Of a stretch of 64,000 bases of DNA, positions 51,339 to 61,114 are shown in pieces. The notes beneath the pieces are model-generated. The model saw only the letters and a list, made by a program, of their open reading frames with translations. It was not told the DNA's origin and searched no databases. The translations under genes and the position numbers were made by a program. The stretch is from Escherichia coli (GTDB lineage: Bacteria > Pseudomonadota > Gammaproteobacteria > Enterobacterales > Enterobacteriaceae). The number at the start of each line of letters is the position of its first letter. Within the stretch, counting starts at the first letter, position 1. Where the stretch lies: the NCBI RefSeq assembly GCF_003334405.1, contig NZ_QOWM01000007.1. One strand, given 5' to 3'.

Positions 51339-52828
51339 AACGCCCCAATTTTCTGTTCGTCATGACCGATACCCAGGCCACCAATATGGTCGGTTGCTAT
51401 AGCGGTAAACCGCTGAATACGCAAAATATTGATAGTCTGGCGGCGGAAGGTATTCGCTTTAATTCCGCCTACACCTGTTCACCGGTTTGTACGCCTGCAC
51501 GGGCCGGACTATTTACCGGTATCTACGCTAACCAGTCCGGCCCGTGGACCAACAACGTCGCGCCAGGCAAAAACATCTCCACTATGGGGCGCTACTTTAA
51601 GGATGCCGGCTATCACACCTGTTACATCGGCAAATGGCATCTCGACGGTCATGACTATTTCGGCACTGGCGAGTGTCCGCCGGAGTGGGACGCTGATTAC
51701 TGGTTCGATGGGGCGAACTATCTTAGCGAACTGACGGAAAAAGAGATTAGCCTGTGGCGCAATGGCCTAAACAGCGTCGAAGATTTACAGGCGAACCATA
51801 TCGACGAAACCTTCACCTGGGCGCATCGTATCAGCAATCGGGCGGTGGATTTTCTGCAACAGCCTGCGCGCGCAGACGAGCCTTTCCTGATGGTGGTTTC
51901 GTATGATGAGCCGCATCACCCGTTCACCTGTCCGGTGGAGTATTTAGAGAAATACGCTGATTTTTACTACGAGCTGGGCGAGAAAGCACAGGATGACCTG
52001 GCTAACAAACCGGAACATCACCGCTTATGGGCGCAGGCGATGCCATCGCCAGTCGGTGATGACGGGCTTTATCACCATCCGCTCTATTTTGCCTGTAATG
52101 ACTTTGTTGATGACCAAATCGGACGGGTCATCAATGCCTTAACGCCAGAGCAACGTGAAAATACGTGGGTTATTTATACCTCCGATCACGGCGAAATGAT
52201 GGGCGCACATAAGCTGATCAGTAAAGGGGCGGCGATGTATGACGACATCACCCGCATTCCGCTGATCATCCGTTCGCCGCAAGGGGAGCGGCGACAGGTC
52301 GATACGCCAGTCAGTCATATCGATTTACTGCCGACAATGATGGCGCTGGCAGATATTGAAAAACCAGAGATTCTGCCGGGGGAAAATATCCTTGCCGTGA
52401 AAGAGCCACGCGGCGTGATGGTGGAATTTAACCGCTACGAGATTGAGCATGACAGCTTTGGCGGTTTTATTCCGGTGCGTTGCTGGGTGACGGATGACTT
52501 TAAACTGGTACTCAACCTCTTCACCAGTGATGAACTTTACGATCGCCGTAATGACCCAAATGAAATGCATAACCTGATCGATGATATCCGTTTTGCAGAC
52601 GTTCGCAGCAAAATGCATGACGCCTTATTGGATTACATGGACAAAATTCGCGATCCGTTCCGCAGTTACCAATGGAGTCTGCGTCCGTGGCGTAAAGATG
52701 CACGGCCGCGCTGGATGGGGGCGTTTCGTCCACGTCCACAAGATGGCTATTCGCCAGTTGTACGCGACTATGACACCGGCCTACCGACACAAGGGGTGAA
52801 GGTGGAGGAGAAAAAACAGAAGTTCTGA
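51335..52828 (+). CDS. yidJ: Cys-type sulfatase YidJ
   Basis: 497 aa; sulfatase signature CTPARAGLFTG; start overlaps yidK stop. Confidence 0.92.
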   Translation: MKRPNFLFVMTDTQATNMVGCYSGKPLNTQNIDSLAAEGIRFNSAYTCSPVCTPARAGLFTGIYANQSGPWTNNVAPGKNISTMGRYFKDAGYHTCYIGKWHLDGHDYFGTGECPPEWDADYWFDGANYLSELTEKEISLWRNGLNSVEDLQANHIDETFTWAHRISNRAVDFLQQPARADEPFLMVVSYDEPHHPFTCPVEYLEKYADFYYELGEKAQDDLANKPEHHRLWAQAMPSPVGDDGLYHHPLYFACNDFVDDQIGRVINALTPEQRENTWVIYTSDHGEMMGAHKLISKGAAMYDDITRIPLIIRSPQGERRQVDTPVSHIDLLPTMMALADIEKPEILPGENILAVKEPRGVMVEFNRYEIEHDSFGGFIPVRCWVTDDFKLVLNLFTSDELYDRRNDPNEMHNLIDDIRFADVRSKMHDALLDYMDKIRDPFRSYQWSLRPWRKDARPRWMGAFRPRPQDGYSPVVRDYDTGLPTQGVKVEEKKQKF

Positions 52829-52832
52829 CGAT

Positions 52833-52863
52833 AATGCCCGCTGATGATCACCCGGCGGGCATT
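52833..52863. terminator. Hairpin between convergent yidJ and yidI
   Basis: Stem aatgcccgc / gcgggcatt with about 13-nt loop. Confidence 0.5.
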
Positions 52864-52874
52864 ATTCAGGCTGC

Positions 52875-53324
52875 TTAAACCAGTGAACCGCCGGTCAGGA
52901 AGGAAAAGATAAGGAATATCAGCAAAATGCTGCACACGATGCCGATACCAAAAAGCAAGGTATGGAAAGCCAGCGTCCCGCCGCCAAAAACCAGCGCGCC
53001 GCGAATGCCCCAGCGATTTTCCTTACGCATACCGCCAATAAATGCGCAAAGTAGCGCAGCAATGGCCAGTGCGATACCGCTTTGATTGAGGATTTTATCG
53101 ACATCTACGTCCTCTTTTTTCTCCACGGTGGTAATTTTTTCGCCTTTTATTCCGGCGAGAAGACCTCTTTTAATTTCAGCCGTTTTGTCCGCCACGATGC
53201 TTTCAAACGTTGGCGGTGGTGCGGAGAAAGGGCCGAATGAAAAGTGGATAATCCCCATCATTAAAGCGATGGCACCGAACAGCATGCCCAATGAACTGAT
53301 TTTATTTTGAGCTATGATACCCAT
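52875..53324 (-). CDS. yidI: Inner membrane protein YidI
   Basis: ATG at 53324 (MGIIAQNKISSLGMLFGAIALMMG...) with GGAGG upstream; 149 aa; track ORF to 53432 is a 5' extension. Confidence 0.88.
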   Translation of the reverse strand: MGIIAQNKISSLGMLFGAIALMMGIIHFSFGPFSAPPPTFESIVADKTAEIKRGLLAGIKGEKITTVEKKEDVDVDKILNQSGIALAIAALLCAFIGGMRKENRWGIRGALVFGGGTLAFHTLLFGIGIVCSILLIFLIFSFLTGGSLV

Positions 53325-53431
53325 CTGACCTCCTTGTAGCGGATGGCAAAAGCATATCAGGAAACGGGCGGACGAAATTCTTAAAAAAACCGCTAAAGGT
53401 AGAGCGTTAGTGAAATTGCAAAGGAGCAACA

Positions 53432-53779
53432 ATGAAAATTTCCCGCCTCGGAGAAGCGCCTGATTACCGCTTCTCGCTGGCTAATGAGCGTACTTTTCTG
53501 GCGTGGATCCGTACTGCACTAGGATTTCTGGCGGCGGGGGTTGGGCTTGATCAACTTGCGCCAGATTTCGCCACGCCCGTCATTCGCGAACTGCTGGCGT
53601 TGTTGTTGTGTCTGTTTTCCGGCGGGTTAGCGATGTATGGCTACTTGCGCTGGTTACGCAATGAAAAAGCGATGCGTCTGAAAGAGGACCTGCCCTACAC
53701 CAACAGCTTATTAATCATTAGCTTAATATTGATGGTCGTGGCGGTGATCGTTATGGGACTGGTGTTGTATGCCGGATAG
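53432..53779 (+). CDS. yidH: Inner membrane protein YidH (DUF202)
   Basis: 115 aa; motif ERTFLAWIRT. Confidence 0.9.
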   Translation: MKISRLGEAPDYRFSLANERTFLAWIRTALGFLAAGVGLDQLAPDFATPVIRELLALLLCLFSGGLAMYGYLRWLRNEKAMRLKEDLPYTNSLLIISLILMVVAVIVMGLVLYAG

Positions 53780-54131
53780 CCGCAAAGCCAGACGCATTGC
53801 CGACCCAGGACTGCAGCCGGAGCGCACATCACTGGCGTGGTTTCGTACCATGCTGGGCTACGGCGCGTTGATGGCGTTGGCTATCAAACACAACTGGCAC
53901 CAGGCGGGCATGTTATTCTGGATTTCGATTGGCATTCTCGCCATCGTGGCGCTGATCCTCTGGCACTACACCCGTAATCGCAATTTAATGGATGTCACGA
54001 ATAGCGATTTTTCCCAATTTCACGTAGTCCGTGACAAATTTTTGATCTCCCTCGCGGTGTTATCTCTCGCAATACTGTTTGCTGTAACGCATATACATCA
54101 ACTTATCGTATTTATTGAGAGAGTCGCATGA
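53769..54131 (+). CDS. yidG: Inner membrane protein YidG (DUF202-like paralog of YidH)
   Basis: 120 aa; motif ERTSLAWFRT; overlaps yidH by 11 nt. Confidence 0.9.
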   Translation: MPDSRKARRIADPGLQPERTSLAWFRTMLGYGALMALAIKHNWHQAGMLFWISIGILAIVALILWHYTRNRNLMDVTNSDFSQFHVVRDKFLISLAVLSLAILFAVTHIHQLIVFIERVA

Positions 54132-54625
54132 CAGGAAGTCAGGTCATTGATGCTGAAGAGGACAGGCATAAACTGGTTGTAGAGTACAAGGATGCTCTGC
54201 AACCTGCCGATTTTTATCACAATTTCAAACAGCGGGGCATCCGCTCCGTACAGCTCATTCCCTATCTTGAATTTGATGACCGGGGCGATCTGACGGCCGC
54301 TTCGGTGACAGCAGAGCTGTGGGGGAAATTTTTAATTGCCCTGTTCGAGTGTTGGGTGCGGGCAGATATCAGTCGTATCTCGATTGAGCTTTTTGACGCC
54401 ACCTTACAAAAATGGTGTGGCAGCGAAAACCCGCAACCGCGCTGTGACTGCCAGGCGTGCGACTGGCATCGCCTGTGCCCGCACGCTCGGCAGGAGACGC
54501 CAGACAGCGTGCTTTGTGCGGGCTATCAGGCGTTTTATTCTTACTCCGCACCGCATATGCGGGTGATGCGTGATCTGATAAAGCAGCATCGTTCTCCCAT
54601 GGAGCTGATGACGATGCTGCGGTGA
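54128..54625 (+). CDS. yidF: Cys-rich SPASM-like protein YidF (sulfatase-maturase C-terminal-like)
   Basis: 165 aa; cysteine cluster WCGSENPQPRCDCQACDWHRLCPHA; no CxxxCxxC radical-SAM motif. Confidence 0.88.
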   Translation: MTGSQVIDAEEDRHKLVVEYKDALQPADFYHNFKQRGIRSVQLIPYLEFDDRGDLTAASVTAELWGKFLIALFECWVRADISRISIELFDATLQKWCGSENPQPRCDCQACDWHRLCPHARQETPDSVLCAGYQAFYSYSAPHMRVMRDLIKQHRSPMELMTMLR

Positions 54626-54632
54626 CGTGCGC

Positions 54633-55817
54633 TTAAACGGGCTGCCCCTGATGCGACATCCGCGTCGCCAGCGGCAGCCAGCACAGCACGATCAACAATC
54701 CCATTAAGGTCATCAACAACCCCAGGCTGCCCTGACCGGTTTGCGGCAACATCGCAGAGAGCGACGCCAGCACGCCGGAACCAATGTTTTGCAGACCGCC
54801 GACCAGCGCGCCAGCCGTGCCCGCCAGGAAGGGGAACGGCTCCATCGCGCCGCTGGTCGCCAGCGGAAACAGCATCCCGGCACCGAAAAAGAACAGCGCG
54901 GCGGGAACGAGCAGCGTCCAGACATTCATCACGCCAAACCAGTCGGGGATCCACATCAGCAAGCCAGCCAGCAGGCAGCAGATAACCGACTGCCACATTA
55001 ACGTGGAGAAGCGTTTATTGGGACGTCCGGCAAACCATGCGCCAAAAAACGCTGCCGGAATCGGCAGAATAAACAAAATACTGACCGTCATACTGCTCAG
55101 CCCTAACACCGCGCCCATCAGCACGCCGGAGCAGGCTTCAAAGGCGGCAATCCCGGCCAGACCGCCAATCAGCATCAGCAAATAACAGTTAAAACCGCTG
55201 TTACCGAAAAGCGTTTTATAACTGGTAAGCAGGCGCGTGCGCGGTGCATCGACCGGACGCGTTTCCGGCATCCAGCGGGCCATACTGAAGGTCACACCAG
55301 CACAAAGAACCAACAAAAAGAGATAACAGGCGCGCCAGTTCCACATCGTATCCAGCAGACCGCCGATTAGCGGTGCGAGCAACGGACTGACGAGAATCCC
55401 CATGTTTAACAGGCTGTTAGCATGGCGCAACTGTGTCCGTTCATATAAATCTCGCGGTAAAGTACGCGCCATTACGCCGCCAACGCCGGTGCCCATCCCC
55501 TGCATCGCGCTGGCGGCAATCAACACCGTCAAACTGGAGGTCGTGACCGCGACCAGCGTTGCCAGCATAAAAATGGACATTCCGACGAGGATCACCGGTC
55601 GGCGGCCCACGCGGTCGGAAATCGGGCCATAAAACAGCTGTGAGACACCGTAAGTCAGCAGATAAGCGCCCATTACGCTCTGCACCGCCCCTTCACGGAC
55701 GTTGAGATCGCGCGCCATATCGGCAATAGCTGGAATATAAATGGTTTGCGCCATCTGACCGACGGCCACGAGTAATACCAACATCAATAACAAATTGACG
55801 TTTCTTTGCCTTTTCAT
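54633..55817 (-). CDS. emrD: MFS multidrug efflux transporter EmrD
   Basis: ATG at 55817 (MKRQRNVNLLLMLVLL...) gives 394 aa. Confidence 0.93.
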   Translation of the reverse strand: MKRQRNVNLLLMLVLLVAVGQMAQTIYIPAIADMARDLNVREGAVQSVMGAYLLTYGVSQLFYGPISDRVGRRPVILVGMSIFMLATLVAVTTSSLTVLIAASAMQGMGTGVGGVMARTLPRDLYERTQLRHANSLLNMGILVSPLLAPLIGGLLDTMWNWRACYLFLLVLCAGVTFSMARWMPETRPVDAPRTRLLTSYKTLFGNSGFNCYLLMLIGGLAGIAAFEACSGVLMGAVLGLSSMTVSILFILPIPAAFFGAWFAGRPNKRFSTLMWQSVICCLLAGLLMWIPDWFGVMNVWTLLVPAALFFFGAGMLFPLATSGAMEPFPFLAGTAGALVGGLQNIGSGVLASLSAMLPQTGQGSLGLLMTLMGLLIVLCWLPLATRMSHQGQPV

Positions 55818-55991
55818 TATCACGGATGCTTTTATAAAAATAATTAGAATAAGTCACTACGCATTCCCATAAATGCGGGAGAGGAATCTATCACATTGAT
55901 GAATGTTAGCCAGATATACGCCAGGAATGGGGAATTGTTTAGCGGCAGAATATGTAAACAAAAGCGGCAATAAATGTTGCCGGGAGAGATG

Positions 55992-56029
55992 GTAGGGCGG
56001 ATAAGATGCGTCAGCATCGCATCCGACAC
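55992..56029. repeat. REP-like palindrome between emrD and tisB
   Basis: gtagggcggataagatgcgtcagcatcgcatccgacac. Confidence 0.5.
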
Positions 56030-56040
56030 CAACCCGCACG

Positions 56041-56074
56041 CTAAATATAAAAGGGGAGCGGTTTCCCGCTCCCC
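56041..56074 (-). terminator. Rho-independent terminator of tisAB
   Basis: Stem ggggagcgg / ccgctcccc, loop tttc; minus strand followed by ttttatattt. Confidence 0.75.
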
Positions 56075-56096
56075 TTTGGTGCGACTTGAATCTGAA

Positions 56097-56186
56097 TTAC
56101 TTCAGGTATTTCAGAACAGCATCAAGCAGTTGCAGTGCTGCAACAATGAGTTTGAGGATAAGAATGGCGATATCCACCAGGTTCAT
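56097..56186 (-). CDS. tisB: Type I toxin TisB (SOS-induced membrane peptide)
   Basis: 29-codon ORF read by hand: MNLVDIAILILKLIVAALQLLDAVLKYLK. Confidence 0.9.
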   Translation of the reverse strand: MNLVDIAILILKLIVAALQLLDAVLKYLK

Positions 56187-56296
56187 ACGCGTCTCCTGTG
56201 GTTCAGGAGCACTGCCAGCTGACGTACCTTTCCGCTGCCTGTTGCCAGCTGTTGTGCACGCGGTATCTCAAGGAGAAACGTTGTGCTTGTTGACAT
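56183..56296 (-). CDS. tisA: tisA upstream ORF of the tisAB transcript
   Basis: 37-codon ORF MSTSTTFLLEIPRAQQLATGSGKVRQLAVLLNHRRRV; stop overlaps tisB start (ATGA); start region overlaps the IstR-complementary sequence. Confidence 0.55.
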   Translation of the reverse strand: MSTSTTFLLEIPRAQQLATGSGKVRQLAVLLNHRRRV

Positions 56297-56420
56297 AACA
56301 CAGTGTGCTCACGCGGGGTTAAGGCGCTGACGGCACCACCCGTTTCAGCCAGGACTTAGTGCGCCGGGTAACGATGCGGCCCCCGCATAACACATTGCGT
56401 ACAGTGATATTATAGAAGTT

Positions 56421-56440
56421 TACTGTATAAATAAACAGTA
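56421..56440. promoter_or_regulatory. LexA box (SOS box)
   Basis: tactgtataaataaacagta, perfect CTGT-N8-ACAG palindrome between divergent tisAB and istR. Confidence 0.85.
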
Positions 56441-56546
56441 ATATTTGGACAAAACGCAAACTGTGATCGATACTCAACTATGCACTAAATACGTCAAAAT
56501 TCGTGCCGAAATTGCGCGTTCTGCGCGGAACACGTATACTTTCAGT

Positions 56547-56621
56547 GTTGACATAATACAGTGTGCTTTGCGGTTACCAGCCGCAGGCGACTGACGAAAC
56601 CTCGCTCCGGCGGGGTTTTTT
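56547..56621 (+). ncRNA. istR: IstR-1 antitoxin sRNA (IstR-2 would be a 5'-extended form starting near 56480)
   Basis: TATACT -10 at 56535..56540 with TTGCGC -35 at 17-bp spacing; 75-nt unit ending in hairpin cctcgc-uccg-gcgggg + U6; 5' end repeats 20/21 nt of 56289..56309. Confidence 0.75.
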
Positions 56622-56750
56622 GTTATCTGCAATTCAGTACAAAACGTGATCAACCCCTCAATTTTCCCTTGCTGAAAAATTTTCCATTGTCTCCCCTGTA
56701 AAGCTGTGCTTGTATAAATATTGTTAAACACAAAACCAACAAGGTCCCCA

Positions 56751-56849
56751 ATGACTACTTCCATGCTCAACGCAAAACTACTACCAACTGCGCCATCCGC
56801 CGCAGTGGTCGTCGTGCGTGTGGTGGTGGTCGTCGGCAATGCGCCGTAG
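56751..56849 (+). CDS. ivbL: ilvB operon leader peptide IvbL
   Basis: 32-codon ORF read by hand: MTTSMLNAKLLPTAPSAAVVVVRVVVVVGNAP. Confidence 0.9.
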   Translation: MTTSMLNAKLLPTAPSAAVVVVRVVVVVGNAP

Positions 56850-56873
56850 GGACTGGAACAACACACGATTCCA

Positions 56874-56907
56874 AAACCCCGCCGGCGCAAACCGGGCGGG
56901 GTTTTTC
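56874..56907 (+). terminator. ilvB attenuator terminator
   Basis: Stem ccccgccgg / ccgggcgggg (one bulge), loop cgcaaa, then T5; 47 bp before ilvB ATG. Confidence 0.8.
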
Positions 56908-56954
56908 GTTTAAGCACCTCCCGGAAAGTCGGCCCAGAAGAAAAGGACTGGAGC

Positions 56955-58643
56955 ATGGCAAGTTCGGGCACAACATCGACGCGTAAGCGCTTTACCGGCG
57001 CAGAATTTATCGTTCATTTCCTGGAACAGCAGGGCATTAAGATTGTGACAGGCATTCCGGGCGGTTCTATCCTGCCTGTTTACGATGCCTTAAGCCAAAG
57101 CACGCAAATCCGCCATATTCTGGCCCGTCATGAACAGGGCGCGGGCTTTATCGCTCAGGGAATGGCGCGCACCGACGGTAAACCGGCGGTCTGTATGGCC
57201 TGTAGCGGACCGGGTGCGACTAACCTGGTGACCGCCATTGCCGATGCGCGGCTGGACTCCATCCCGCTGATTTGCATCACTGGTCAGGTTCCCGCCTCGA
57301 TGATCGGCACCGACGCCTTCCAGGAAGTGGACACCTACGGCATCTCTATCCCCATCACCAAACACAACTATCTGGTCAGACATATCGAAGAACTCCCGCA
57401 GGTCATGAGCGATGCCTTCCGCATTGCGCAATCAGGCCGCCCAGGCCCGGTGTGGATAGACATTCCTAAGGATGTGCAAACGGCAGTTTTTGAGATTGAA
57501 ACACAGCCCGCTATGGCAGAAAAAGCCGCCGCCCCCGCCTTTAGCGAAGAAAGCATTCGTGACGCAGCGGCGATGATTAACGCTGCCAAACGCCCGGTGC
57601 TTTATCTGGGCGGCGGTGTGATCAATGCGCCCGCACGGGTGCGTGAACTGGCGGAGAAAGCGCAACTGCCTACCACCATGACTTTAATGGCGCTGGGCAT
57701 GTTGCCAAAAGCGCATCCGTTGTCGCTGGGTATGCTGGGGATGCACGGCGTGCGCAGCACCAACTATATTTTGCAGGAGGCGGATTTGTTGATAGTGCTC
57801 GGTGCGCGTTTTGATGACCGGGCGATTGGCAAAACCGAGCAGTTCTGTCCGAATGCCAAAATCATTCATGTCGATATCGACCGTGCAGAGCTGGGTAAAA
57901 TCAAGCAGCCGCACGTGGCGATTCAGGCGGATGTTGATGACGTGCTGGCGCAGTTGATCCCGCTGGTGGAAGCGCAACCGCGTGCAGAGTGGCACCAGTT
58001 GGTAGCGGATTTGCAGCGTGAGTTTCCGTGTCCAATCCCGAAAGCGTGCGATCCGTTAAGCCATTACGGCCTGATCAACGCCGTTGCCGCCTGTGTCGAT
58101 GACAATGCAATTATCACCACCGACGTTGGTCAGCATCAGATGTGGACCGCGCAAGCTTATCCGCTCAATCGCCCACGCCAGTGGCTGACCTCCGGTGGGC
58201 TGGGCACGATGGGTTTTGGCCTGCCTGCGGCGATTGGCGCTGCGCTGGCGAACCCGGATCGCAAAGTGTTGTGTTTCTCCGGCGACGGCAGCCTGATGAT
58301 GAATATTCAGGAGATGGCGACCGCCAGTGAAAATCAGCTGGATGTCAAAATCATTCTGATGAACAACGAAGCGCTGGGGCTGGTGCATCAGCAACAGAGT
58401 CTGTTCTACGAGCAAGGCGTTTTTGCCGCCACCTATCCGGGCAAAATCAACTTTATGCAGATTGCCGCCGGATTCGGCCTCGAAACCTGTGATTTGAATA
58501 ACGAAGCCGATCCGCAGGCTTCATTGCAGGAAATCATCAATCGCCCTGGCCCGGCGCTGATCCATGTGCGCATTGATGCCGAAGAAAAAGTTTACCCGAT
58601 GGTGCCGCCAGGTGCGGCGAATACTGAAATGGTGGGGGAATAA
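56955..58643 (+). CDS. ilvB: Acetolactate synthase I large subunit IlvB
   Basis: 562 aa ThDP enzyme; GDG-type ThDP motif region CFSGDGSLMMNIQE. Confidence 0.96.
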   Translation: MASSGTTSTRKRFTGAEFIVHFLEQQGIKIVTGIPGGSILPVYDALSQSTQIRHILARHEQGAGFIAQGMARTDGKPAVCMACSGPGATNLVTAIADARLDSIPLICITGQVPASMIGTDAFQEVDTYGISIPITKHNYLVRHIEELPQVMSDAFRIAQSGRPGPVWIDIPKDVQTAVFEIETQPAMAEKAAAPAFSEESIRDAAAMINAAKRPVLYLGGGVINAPARVRELAEKAQLPTTMTLMALGMLPKAHPLSLGMLGMHGVRSTNYILQEADLLIVLGARFDDRAIGKTEQFCPNAKIIHVDIDRAELGKIKQPHVAIQADVDDVLAQLIPLVEAQPRAEWHQLVADLQREFPCPIPKACDPLSHYGLINAVAACVDDNAIITTDVGQHQMWTAQAYPLNRPRQWLTSGGLGTMGFGLPAAIGAALANPDRKVLCFSGDGSLMMNIQEMATASENQLDVKIILMNNEALGLVHQQQSLFYEQGVFAATYPGKINFMQIAAGFGLETCDLNNEADPQASLQEIINRPGPALIHVRIDAEEKVYPMVPPGAANTEMVGE

Positions 58644-58646
58644 GCC

Positions 58647-58937
58647 ATGCAAAACACAACTCATGACAACGTAATTCTGGAGCTCACCGTTCGCAACCAT
58701 CCGGGCGTAATGACCCACGTTTGTGGCCTTTTTGCCCGCCGCGCTTTTAACGTTGAAGGCATTCTTTGTCTGCCGATTCAGGACAGCGACAAAAGCCATA
58801 TCTGGCTACTGGTCAATGACGACCAGCGTCTGGAGCAGATGATAAGCCAAATCGATAAGCTGGAAGATGTCGTGAAAGTGCAGCGTAATCAGTCCGATCC
58901 GACGATGTTTAACAAGATCGCGGTGTTTTTTCAGTAA
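58647..58937 (+). CDS. ilvN: Acetolactate synthase I small subunit IlvN
   Basis: 96 aa ACT-domain protein, 3 bp after ilvB. Confidence 0.95.
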
Positions 58938-58960
58938 CCGCTCAAGGCTTGAACAACATC

Positions 58961-58994
58961 GCGCTTATCGTTAAGGTAAGCGCGTATTTTTTTT
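58961..58994 (+). terminator. Rho-independent terminator after ilvN
   Basis: Stem gcgctta / taagcgc, loop tcgttaagg, then T8. Confidence 0.7.
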
Positions 58995-59012
58995 ACCCGC
59001 CAGGACAAGACC

Positions 59013-59603
59013 ATGATCACCGTTGCCCTTATAGACGATCACCTCATCGTCCGCTCCGGCTTTGCGCAGCTGCTGGGGCTGGAACCTGATTTGCAGGTAG
59101 TTGCCGAGTTTGGTTCGGGGCGCGAGGCGCTGGCGGGGCTGCCGGGGCGCGGTGTGCAGGTGTGTATTTGCGATATCTCCATGCCCGATATCTCCGGTCT
59201 GGAGCTGCTAAGCCAGCTGCCGAAAGGTATGGCGACGATTATGCTCTCCGTTCACGACAGTCCTGCGCTGGTTGAGCAGGCGCTTAACGCGGGGGCACGC
59301 GGCTTTCTTTCCAAACGCTGTAGCCCGGATGAACTCATTGCTGCGGTGCATACGGTTGCCACGGGCGGCTGTTATCTGACGCCGGATATTGCCATTAAAC
59401 TGGCATCCGGTCGTCAGGACCCGCTAACCAAACGTGAACGCCAGGTGGCGGAAAAACTGGCGCAAGGAATGGCGGTGAAAGAGATTGCCGCCGAACTGGG
59501 CTTGTCACCGAAAACGGTACACGTCCATCGCGCCAATCTGATGGAAAAACTGGGCGTCAGTAACGACGTAGAGCTGGCGCGCCGCATGTTTGATGGCTGG
59601 TGA
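59013..59603 (+). CDS. uhpA: Response regulator UhpA (NarL/FixJ family)
   Basis: 196 aa; receiver domain with C-terminal LuxR-type HTH. Confidence 0.96.
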
Positions 59604-61105
59604 TGAAGACGTTGTTCTCCCGCTTAATTACCGTTATTGCCTGCTTTTTTATCTTCTCTGCCGCATGGTTTTGCCTGTGGAGTATCAGCCTGCATCTGGT
59701 TGAGCGCCCTGATATGGCGGTGCTGTTATTTCCGTTTGGTCTGCGTCTGGGGCTAATGCTGCAATGCCCGCGCGGATACTGGCCCGTATTGCTGGGCGCG
59801 GAGTGGCTGCTGATTTACTGGCTAACGCAGGCGGTCGGTTTAACCCATTTTCCGTTATTGATGATCGGTAGTTTACTGACGTTACTGCCCGTAGCGCTGA
59901 TCTCGCGCTATCGCCATCAGCGTGACTGGCGCACCTTGCTGTTACAGGGGGCGGCGTTAACGGCGGCGGCGTTGTTGCAGTCGCTGCCCTGGCTTTGGCA
60001 CGGCAAAGAGTCGTGGAATGCGCTGTTGCTGACTTTAACTGGCGGCCTGACGCTGGCCCCGATATGTCTGGTGTTCTGGCACTATCTCGCCAATAACACC
60101 TGGCTGCCGCTCGGTCCGTCACTGGTTTCTCAGCCAATCAACTGGCGCGGGCGACATCTGGTCTGGTACTTGCTGCTGTTTGTTATCAGTCTCTGGCTCC
60201 AGTTGGGATTGCCGGACGAACTGTCGCGCTTTACGCCATTCTGTCTGGCGCTGCCGATTATCGCGCTGGCCTGGCACTATGGTTGGCAAGGGGCGCTGAT
60301 TGCGACGTTGATGAACGCCATCGCGCTGATCGCCAGTCAAACCTGGCGCGATCATCCGGTGGATTTATTGCTCTCGCTGCTGGTGCAAAGTCTGACAGGG
60401 TTGTTGCTTGGCGCTGGCATCCAGCGGTTGCGTGAACTTAACCAGTCGCTGCAAAAGGAACTGGCGCGCAATCAGCATCTGGCTGAACGGTTGCTGGAAA
60501 CCGAAGAGAGCGTGCGCCGTGATGTGGCGCGTGAGCTGCATGATGATATCGGTCAGACCATCACTGCTATTCGTACTCAGGCGGGCATTGTTCAGCGGCT
60601 GGCGGCAGATAACGCCAGCGTGAAGCAGAGCGGGCAGCTCATCGAACAACTATCGCTGGGCGTTTACGACGCGGTGCGCCGTTTGTTGGGTCGGTTACGT
60701 CCGCGCCAGTTGGATGATCTCACCCTGGAGCAGGCCATCCGCTCACTGATGCGGGAAATGGAGCTGGAAGGGCGCGGTATTGTCAGCCATCTCGAATGGC
60801 GAATCGATGAATCAGCGTTAAGCGAAAACCAGCGCGTGACGCTGTTTCGTGTCTGCCAGGAAGGGCTGAACAACATTGTGAAACATGCTGATGCCAGCGC
60901 GGTCACCCTGCAAGGCTGGCAGCAGGATGAACGGTTGATGCTGGTTATTGAAGACGATGGCAGCGGTTTGCCGCCGGGTTCCGGGCAACAAGGTTTTGGC
61001 CTCACCGGAATGCGCGAGCGCGTAACGGCGCTGGGTGGCACATTACACATTTCCTGTCTGCACGGCACGCGTGTCAGCGTTTCTCTACCTCAACGCTATG
61101 TCTAA
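59603..61105 (+). CDS. uhpB: Sensor histidine kinase UhpB
   Basis: ATG at 59603 overlapping uhpA stop; 500 aa; membrane N-terminal half, H-box RELHDDIGQ. Confidence 0.95.
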
Positions 61106-61114
61106 GGTTTGATG

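Noticed and set aside
54541-54996. 151-aa minus-strand ORF overlapping the emrD 3' region
   Set aside because: Alternative frame inside emrD with Ala/Arg-rich composition typical of a frame artefact.
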